Positions 59,016 through 64,000 of a stretch of 64,000 bases of DNA are shown in pieces (position 1 is the first letter of the stretch; the number at the start of each line of letters is the position of its first letter). The notes below the pieces were generated by a model. It had not been told where the DNA came from and did no database searches. It was given only the letters and a program-made list of their open reading frames with translations. The stretch is from Acidobacteriaceae bacterium (GTDB taxonomy: Bacteria; Acidobacteriota; Terriglobia; Terriglobales; Acidobacteriaceae): contig CBDCDQ010000002.1 of the NCBI GenBank assembly GCA_965215415.1, positions 1,335 through 65,334 of the forward strand, given 5' to 3'. A program made the position numbers and the translations under genes.

Positions 59016-59231
59016 TCCGCTCAAATGCTCAGGATTCCCGTTAAAATGCTCTACTGTGCCCGCTGAAATGCTCTGTTTGGCCCGTTCGAATGCTCACTCC
59101 GCACAGTAGTGGAAATCCCGCTCAAATGCTCATGCAATCGCAGCATACCCCGTTCAAATGCTCAATTTATAAGTTTGTGAAACCCGTTCAAATGCTCGCA
59201 GAGCAAGCAGACGGTTCCCGCTCAAATGCTC
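59016..59231. repeat. oriV candidate: eight direct iterons, consensus CCCG(C/T)TCAAATGCTC
   Basis: Copies start at 59016, 59037, 59059, 59081 (21-22 bp spacing) and at 59117, 59148, 59183, 59217 (31-36 bp spacing). An AT-rich stretch lies at about 58920-59015. The array begins 3 bp downstream of the trfA-like stop. Confidence 0.8.
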
Positions 59232-59233
59232 GT

Positions 59234-60223
59234 TTAGCGGGCTTTCAGGATGTTTTCCAGTAAGGAATCAGCCCGCTGCAACTCTCGTGACTGGCGGCTG
59301 CGACTGGATGCAGGGAGAGCTTTAGGCGCGAACTGCTGGGCGAGCTGGTATCCACTTCCCTGCCGATCCCGTTCCTTCGCTGCTTTGACGAGCTCTTTCC
59401 GATGATCGCTGCGGGCCAGGTGACGAGTTTGCGAGTCTGTAGGAGGTCGGGTGATCGTCAGCAGGCCGTCTTCCAGCTCCACCTTCCAGTCGAGCTGCTT
59501 GCGCAACACGTCCAAAGCCCGGCGCAGCGTCACTAGGAAATGGTCTCGCCTAGAGCTCTCGTGGCCGGTCTTCTCCTGGAGGTAAGCGACGGTCACAGGA
59601 AAGGGACGTGCATGCGTCGAGTAGTAGCTGTGGAGCCACTGAGCGAGCGGGGCTTTCATAAGCTTTTGCCTCGCCTCCCATTCCAGTTGGGTGTAGCTGG
59701 AGTCCTCGAACAGAGTCTTGACGGCCGGGTCAAGCTGAACGCAATACAGCTTGCTCGTTGTCTCGCGGACGTAGGAGCTAATTAGACTTCCAACATAAAC
59801 ATACTGTCGCTGGCCTACCCGCCACTTCACATCCACAAGCCCGCGCTTCAGCCGGCGCAGACTCGTGTCCAGATCCTGGTAATTCAAATCGTTGCGGGTG
59901 CGCCCGATCTGCTTCAGGAAGTCGCCGCCCGCGAAGCGGGCCGTCGTTCCAAGGGGATGCCTCCTGGAGCGGTGCAGCACTTCGAAAAACACGTCGGCAT
60001 CGTACTGATTGAGTTGAGTACCGGTGTACTTGATGGCGATGCCATCCTGAGCGGCAATCAAAATGCCTTCTGGCTCATCTGCCGGGCTGCTGCGCGTTTC
60101 CAGTACCTTTCGATTCTTGCTGGCTATGCCAGCAAAGAATGCAGAACGCAGCAGGGCGTTAGGACCGCCGCGCATAGCGTCTGGCCAGATAGGAAGTTGT
60201 GCAGGAGCGATGTATCTCTGCAT
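59234..60223 (-). CDS. trfA: TrfA-family plasmid replication initiator
   Basis: ...QLPIWPDAMRGGPNALLRSAFFAG...KYTGTQLNQYDADVFFEVLHRSR... matches the conserved TrfA N-terminal signature (LPLWP..R..PN..LRSALF) as I remember it. Confidence 0.8.
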   Translation of the reverse strand: MQRYIAPAQLPIWPDAMRGGPNALLRSAFFAGIASKNRKVLETRSSPADEPEGILIAAQDGIAIKYTGTQLNQYDADVFFEVLHRSRRHPLGTTARFAGGDFLKQIGRTRNDLNYQDLDTSLRRLKRGLVDVKWRVGQRQYVYVGSLISSYVRETTSKLYCVQLDPAVKTLFEDSSYTQLEWEARQKLMKAPLAQWLHSYYSTHARPFPVTVAYLQEKTGHESSRRDHFLVTLRRALDVLRKQLDWKVELEDGLLTITRPPTDSQTRHLARSDHRKELVKAAKERDRQGSGYQLAQQFAPKALPASSRSRQSRELQRADSLLENILKAR

Positions 60224-60233
60224 GGCCGCTCCC

Positions 60234-60518
60234 CTATTGCTTCGTTTCGGTGCGCTCCAGCCACTCGGCCAGCAGGTCGCTGGTCAGGTCCGAAACGTCT
60301 CGCGTGTCATTGGTCTGGGAAAGGCGAATCCGCACGTCCTTCATCACCTGGATGGGCAAGAGGCCAGTCCACGCCTTGTAGTCTGGGTTCGATCTTTTCG
60401 AACCTGGCTTTAGCGGTCTGCCTGGACGACCAGTTGTGGCCGTGTTTTCAGGCGGTGGGGGCTGGCGAATGCTTGTAAGGTTTCTAAACGGGCTTTCCCT
60501 TTTAGCGCTGGCTGGCAT
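60234..60518 (-). CDS. small ParG-like/RHH centromere-binding protein candidate
   Basis: Overlaps the parA stop by 17 nt. It has a basic disordered N-terminus, then ...WTGLLPIQVMKDVRIRLSQTNDTRDVSDLTSDLLAEWL (strand-helix-helix). Confidence 0.5.
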   Translation of the reverse strand: MPASAKRESPFRNLTSIRQPPPPENTATTGRPGRPLKPGSKRSNPDYKAWTGLLPIQVMKDVRIRLSQTNDTRDVSDLTSDLLAEWLERTETKQ

Positions 60519-61113
60519 AACGTAAAGCCTCCTTCCCTATTGCTTCGTACGCGGACCATCCCCGAGCGGCGCGAGGGTCCTTTACTGCCGAAACTAGAAT
60601 GCCTGCACCAGAGGCTTTGGTAAATGCCTTCAAGCGCGGAATCTCAGTTTTGAATACTGGCACGTCCAGTTCTTTCAGTAAGTCTGAAAGTTCCTTTGTC
60701 TCCGGCTCAGGAGCGGGGGGGCAGCTTGTCATCAGCACCCTGTAGTGCTTCACCTTGAGCCGCTGGAAGGCCTGAATCGTCTGTTGCAGGCCATCCGTGT
60801 CCAAGGGGCGCGGAGTGGTCGGCACGATTAACAGGTCTGAAGCCTCGGCTAGGTACTTCAAATCTTCATCAGTGGGAGCCTGGGCGGTATCCGTGACGCT
60901 GTGTTTGAACGATCCGGCCAGCTTTACAGCCATCCGAACGTCGGCGATTTTGAATGGAAAGCCTTCGCCGCGCTGCTGCCACGCGAGCGCATTATGAGTA
61001 GGGTCACCATCGAAGAGAATGGTCGCTCCCGTCGTCTGGAGGTAAGCAGACAGATGCACCGCTGTCGTGGTTTTTGCGACCCCGCCTTTGATGTTTACGA
61101 CTGCAAAATTCAT
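60502..61113 (-). CDS. parA: ParA-family partition ATPase (small type Ib)
   Basis: MNFAVVNIKGGVAKTTTAVHLSAYL...ILFDGDP.... Confidence 0.9.
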   Translation of the reverse strand: MNFAVVNIKGGVAKTTTAVHLSAYLQTTGATILFDGDPTHNALAWQQRGEGFPFKIADVRMAVKLAGSFKHSVTDTAQAPTDEDLKYLAEASDLLIVPTTPRPLDTDGLQQTIQAFQRLKVKHYRVLMTSCPPAPEPETKELSDLLKELDVPVFKTEIPRLKAFTKASGAGILVSAVKDPRAARGWSAYEAIGKEALRYASQR

Positions 61114-61169
61114 AAGCCCTCACCTGTAAATATACACGGTCATAAGTATGTCAATACGTCCAACAGGTA

Positions 61170-61412
61170 CTAAAGGACGTTCCGAGCTTGGTTCGCCATT
61201 GCCGCGCGTACGGCACGGAGTTGCCACAGTACGTCATCGAGAATAGGGTCTCGATCTGGCTTGGAATGCTGGTACTCATGCAGGCGCGTTAAGGCCTCTA
61301 TGAGGTCGTTTCCGCCCGGAACAAGTTGCCGGATGGCTTTGGTGACTACCTGGGGTGGTCTCACGCTGTGAGACAGAGACAAGCGGCGGCGCAGCTCAGC
61401 GATGGTCGGCAC
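61170..61412 (-). CDS. hypothetical 80-aa protein
   Basis: GTG at 61412 is preceded by AGGAGAA, within a leader duplicated upstream of ardC. The longer ORF-track version would overlap ardC. Confidence 0.4.
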   Translation of the reverse strand: MPTIAELRRRLSLSHSVRPPQVVTKAIRQLVPGGNDLIEALTRLHEYQHSKPDRDPILDDVLWQLRAVRAAMANQARNVL

Positions 61413-61476
61413 GAGGTTTCTCCTGTAGGTCTGGGTTTGGGCAGCGTTCCCGCGCTGCCCCTGGTGAGCGAAAGTA

Positions 61477-62346
61477 TTAAGCTGCGAGGGGGAGAGCCGG
61501 ATTGTCTCCGGCCTCCTCCTGTGTCGTTCCCTCGATCTTCTCGATGATCCTGCGGGAAGTCGCCGCAATGATCTGCATGGACGCCCTGAGCATTTCTCCG
61601 GTGACGCCGTAGCTGTTGAGGTAGAACCGGCTCCCTGACTGCATCCCGAAGTGGTTCAAGACAACATAGGCCGTTGCCTCGGCCTCTAGTTCCCTTTGGC
61701 GCTTGGTTCCCTTCCCCTCGCCATTCCAGTGCAGTAGTTCATGAGCAAGCTCGTGAGCCAGGGTGCCGCACTTGGCTGGGACAGGCTGCGACTCCTCGAC
61801 CACAATCGCTCCACCCTTGCTGTACCCCTCTGCGCGTCCGGGTATTGCCTGATAGGAAAGCTCAATCCCAAAGGCGCGAATGGCAGCTTCCAGTTGTGGC
61901 AGTAGCTCTGCGCCTCCTGTGGTGGCGTTGTGTTCTGGTGCATCGGGAAGCGGCATTCCTTCGGTCTGAGACAGGTCGAATACCGTAGTAGCGCGGAACC
62001 CTAAGACCCGGCCCTTACCTCCCTGCTTGGCCTCGTTCGAGCTGTCGTTGTCCTCGGTCGCCTTACGGGTGACAACCGGCGCAAGTATGTAGATGGCCTT
62101 CTGGCCCTTCATGACGTTGCGGCCCATACCCTGCCAGCGCTGGTATCCGGCAACCCGGGTCGCATGAGGGCATTGGCTGGCGATGAGCATCTGGTTGCCG
62201 AACGAGTAGTTGTAGAACCGGCTCATGCTTGCAAGCCATGTGCGGAAGGTCGCATCCTGTTTCACAGCGTCAGTCTCGGCTGCGAGGGACTCAACGGCTT
62301 CGGTGATGGTGGCATTTAAGGAGTCGGCTTTGGCAGTAACGCTCAC
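61477..62346 (-). CDS. ardC: ArdC-like antirestriction protein (ssDNA-binding N-domain plus zincin metalloprotease domain)
   Basis: ...FRTWLASMSRFYNYSFGNQMLIASQCPHATRVAGYQRWQGMGRNVMKGQKAI... (ArdC-N/DUF1738-like) and the HEXXH motif LAHELAHELLH. GTG start with AGGAGAA RBS. Confidence 0.85.
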   Translation of the reverse strand: MSVTAKADSLNATITEAVESLAAETDAVKQDATFRTWLASMSRFYNYSFGNQMLIASQCPHATRVAGYQRWQGMGRNVMKGQKAIYILAPVVTRKATEDNDSSNEAKQGGKGRVLGFRATTVFDLSQTEGMPLPDAPEHNATTGGAELLPQLEAAIRAFGIELSYQAIPGRAEGYSKGGAIVVEESQPVPAKCGTLAHELAHELLHWNGEGKGTKRQRELEAEATAYVVLNHFGMQSGSRFYLNSYGVTGEMLRASMQIIAATSRRIIEKIEGTTQEEAGDNPALPLAA

Positions 62347-62708
62347 GGTGTGTTCTCCTGTGCGGCTTTGGTTGGGCAGCGTTCCCGCGCTGCTGGTGTT
62401 GTGGTTGTGAGGCTTGTTTCCGCCCCGCCCTTGATGTTCTAAGAATAACGTATTGTCATCAATAGGTAAATATATAAATACGTAAATATGTAAAGTATTT
62501 CAGCGAAGCTGCCTATGGTCTCGGGCCATGATTAGAGAGGGTTTGCACCTTCTTCTTTCCACTTGACCAGGTAGGCTTTTGCTTTTGCTCTTTGCTTTGA
62601 ACTGGTGCACGGCTGTGTTCGTATAAGAGGTGGACGGTGCGCCGCTGGCGAGCAGCGTAGAAAGGGGGTCGGCAGAGGATATCTCTCGCCTTCCCCCCGT
62701 CCGCGCTC

Positions 62709-62993
62709 TTATGGCAGCACTTCGGGCACCGGCTGGCCGTCAACGGTTTGGGTTGGCTTTCTGCGCTTTCTCGTCGCCCTGGGCCGCGCCCATGGTCCTG
62801 CTCTTCGGATGAACTCGTGGACGGCGGCATCCAGCTTGAGGCGGGCGTTATGCAAGTCAAGCAAGCTGTAGCAGGCTGAGCATCCGCCCTTGATCCCAGC
62901 CCTGCCGTCCTTCTCGGGGTTGTAGCGTGGATGCCGGTCGCACTTGCCCTGCACCCGTTCACGAACTGTCAGCTTGTAGCTGAGTTTGAACAT
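62709..62993 (-). CDS. small Cys-containing hypothetical protein
   Basis: AGGAGGAAAGG RBS. MFKLSYKLTVRERVQGKCDRHPRYNPEKDGRAGIKGGCSACYSLLDLHNARLKLDAAVHEF.... The C-terminal third is low complexity, so the end is uncertain. Confidence 0.4.
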   Translation of the reverse strand: MFKLSYKLTVRERVQGKCDRHPRYNPEKDGRAGIKGGCSACYSLLDLHNARLKLDAAVHEFIRRAGPWARPRATRKRRKPTQTVDGQPVPEVLP

Positions 62994-63059
62994 GATTCGT
63001 CCTTTCCTCCTGAGAGGAGCGGGCCGGGTGTCCCCGGCCTCGCGGGTTCGTGGTGCGGC

Positions 63060-64000
63060 TTACGCGGCTTTGGTGGTCTTCTTGGCTTGCTTCTTTTTTG
63101 CTGCGGGTGGGGTCGCCTTCTTCGGCTTCACCAGCGCCAGCTTCTTTCCGGCTGCCTTCGCTGGGGCTGGCTTCTCCTTGGGAGTGAAAGCTGCCTCCGC
63201 TTCTGCAAGGTGATCGTTCTCGCCATCCTTGGGGATGCTGCGGTGTCCTGCCAACGCTAGGTGAAGGGCAAACCCGGTCAGTTTGTCATCCGCTAGGCCG
63301 TCGATGGCGGTCAGCAGCACTTCCTCTGCGCTGCGGCGGTCGTTCTCGTCATCGCCGTTCATCTCCACCGCAAGGTCATCTGCGAAAGTGTATGGGTCCA
63401 TGTTCACCAGAGCGCGAAGCAACACGCGTAGGTGAGCGGCTGTGAAGACGGGCGGTGCGTTCTGGATGATGCGCTCGAAAGTCGCCGTGCGCCTCTTCTG
63501 CTGCTTGGCCCTGCGCTCCTGCTCGGCTTCGTATTCCTTGTGACGGCGGTCCTCCTCTTCCTGCCGTGCCGCCTCTCTGCGTTCCTGGTCGGCCTTGTAC
63601 TCGGCTTGGCGCTGCTCGTAGTCGGCTTTGCGGGCTGCGGTCTGTTCGTCAGTCTCGTCTTCTGTGGGAGCCTCCACGGTCGGAACGGGATTGGCGGCTC
63701 GGTCTGCGGCCTGTCGCGGGTCATGCACCGGGCAACGGTTGTCCGTGCAAACGGTGAGGAATGTCCCGACGTGCGGGCCGTAGACAATGAGGGCAGGCTT
63801 TGCTGCTTCACAAGCGCTCACCGGCTCCGCGTCGGGGTTCTCTGCGGGCGTCTCAATCTCCCTGTACAGGCCGCGCTTCACAGCATCCAGCTTCTGTTCG
63901 CTCGCCCTGCGCCAACCTTCCTCGATCTGCACAAGGCCGGGACGGGCTGCAATCTCACGGTCAAGGTGGTTGGCAATCTTGATTTGGTAACAGTTGCCGT
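63060..64000 (-). CDS. ParB-like / KorB-like plasmid protein, C-terminal part (frame still open at the right edge)
   Basis: ...ALIVYGPHVGTFLTVCTDNRCPVHDP..., a charged coiled-coil region, and a Lys/Ala/Pro-rich basic tail. The frame upstream of the first Met (..ANHLDREIAARPGLVQIEEGW) stays open to 64000. Confidence 0.6.
   Translation of the reverse strand, partial: GNCYQIKIANHLDREIAARPGLVQIEEGWRRASEQKLDAVKRGLYREIETPAENPDAEPVSACEAAKPALIVYGPHVGTFLTVCTDNRCPVHDPRQAADRAANPVPTVEAPTEDETDEQTAARKADYEQRQAEYKADQERREAARQEEEDRRHKEYEAEQERRAKQQKRRTATFERIIQNAPPVFTAAHLRVLLRALVNMDPYTFADDLAVEMNGDDENDRRSAEEVLLTAIDGLADDKLTGFALHLALAGHRSIPKDGENDHLAEAEAAFTPKEKPAPAKAAGKKLALVKPKKATPPAAKKKQAKKTTKAA

Noticed and set aside
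59016-59231. Possible CRISPR array, because of regularly repeated short sequences
   Set aside because: The repeats are only 15 bp, the spacers are irregular (6-21 bp) and partly related, and no cas genes are present. They abut a TrfA-like initiator gene, so iterons are the better explanation.
62513-62962. 149-aa minus-strand ORF
   Set aside because: It overlaps the better-supported 62709..62993 ORF in another frame, and the product is Arg/Pro/Ser-rich. Only its last 25 or so codons could belong to something real, as noted in the findings.
1-64000. rRNA, tRNA or tmRNA genes, for example as integrase targets
   Set aside because: I found no cloverleaf-like or rRNA-like stretches next to either integrase or anywhere else. 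This was a visual scan only and needs tRNAscan/Infernal to confirm.

Overview
This window reads as a mosaic, high-GC conjugative plasmid or integrated plasmid-like element. The host is probably an Acidobacteriota-type bacterium; that is inferred from an acidobacterial-style VWFA protein, the Wzi/Wza/Wzz polysaccharide genes and overall sequence style. Everything here comes from reading the sequence and ORF track by eye; no searches were run.

Layout, left to right:
- 1-1028: N-terminus of a tyrosine recombinase running off the left edge, a small zinc-ribbon ORF, and a parDE toxin-antitoxin pair.
- 1375-7399: a 1860-aa secreted RHS/YD-repeat polymorphic toxin with an unrecognised C-terminal tip, followed by a likely immunity gene.
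- 7513-12724: an XRE regulator, then a pile of mobile-element debris. It holds a Tn3-family transposon with a frameshifted tnpA, a solo Tn3-family end, a decayed IS21 istB fragment and an integrase tail.
- 12790-25796: a 13-kb exopolysaccharide locus with a priming sugar transferase, Wza-like exporter, Wzi, Wzz, Wzx, Wzy-like protein and glycosyltransferases, one of them clearly dead.
- 26934-30989: a frameshifted paralogous integrase, then replicon module 1 (parA, RHH protein, RepA_C-type repA).
- 30983-35344: an intact Tn3-family transposon with perfect 38-bp inverted repeats. It carries tnpA, tnpR and a PF07929-like passenger, and it clips the 3' ends of both repA and a VWFA gene.
- 35345-41209: chromosome-like cargo (BAAT-type hydrolase, LytS/LytTR two-component pair, retropepsin-like protease).
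- 41721-57902: a complete transfer region with a MOBF relaxase, T4CP, candidate oriT and a VirB/Trb-like T4SS in non-canonical gene order.
- 58266-64000: replicon module 2 (8 iterons, trfA-like initiator, ParG-like protein, parA) and an ArdC/ParB-like establishment region.

I found no rRNA, tRNA or CRISPR. I do not see a self-contained new defence-type system that I can defend. The most unusual points are:
- the TWNNYLP C-terminal tail shared by two adjacent T4SS proteins;
- the rearranged T4SS gene order;
- two par-rep operons of the same architecture, one cut by Tn3;
- the duplicated leader modules in the ardC region;
- the unrecognised RHS tip and its embedded extra domain.
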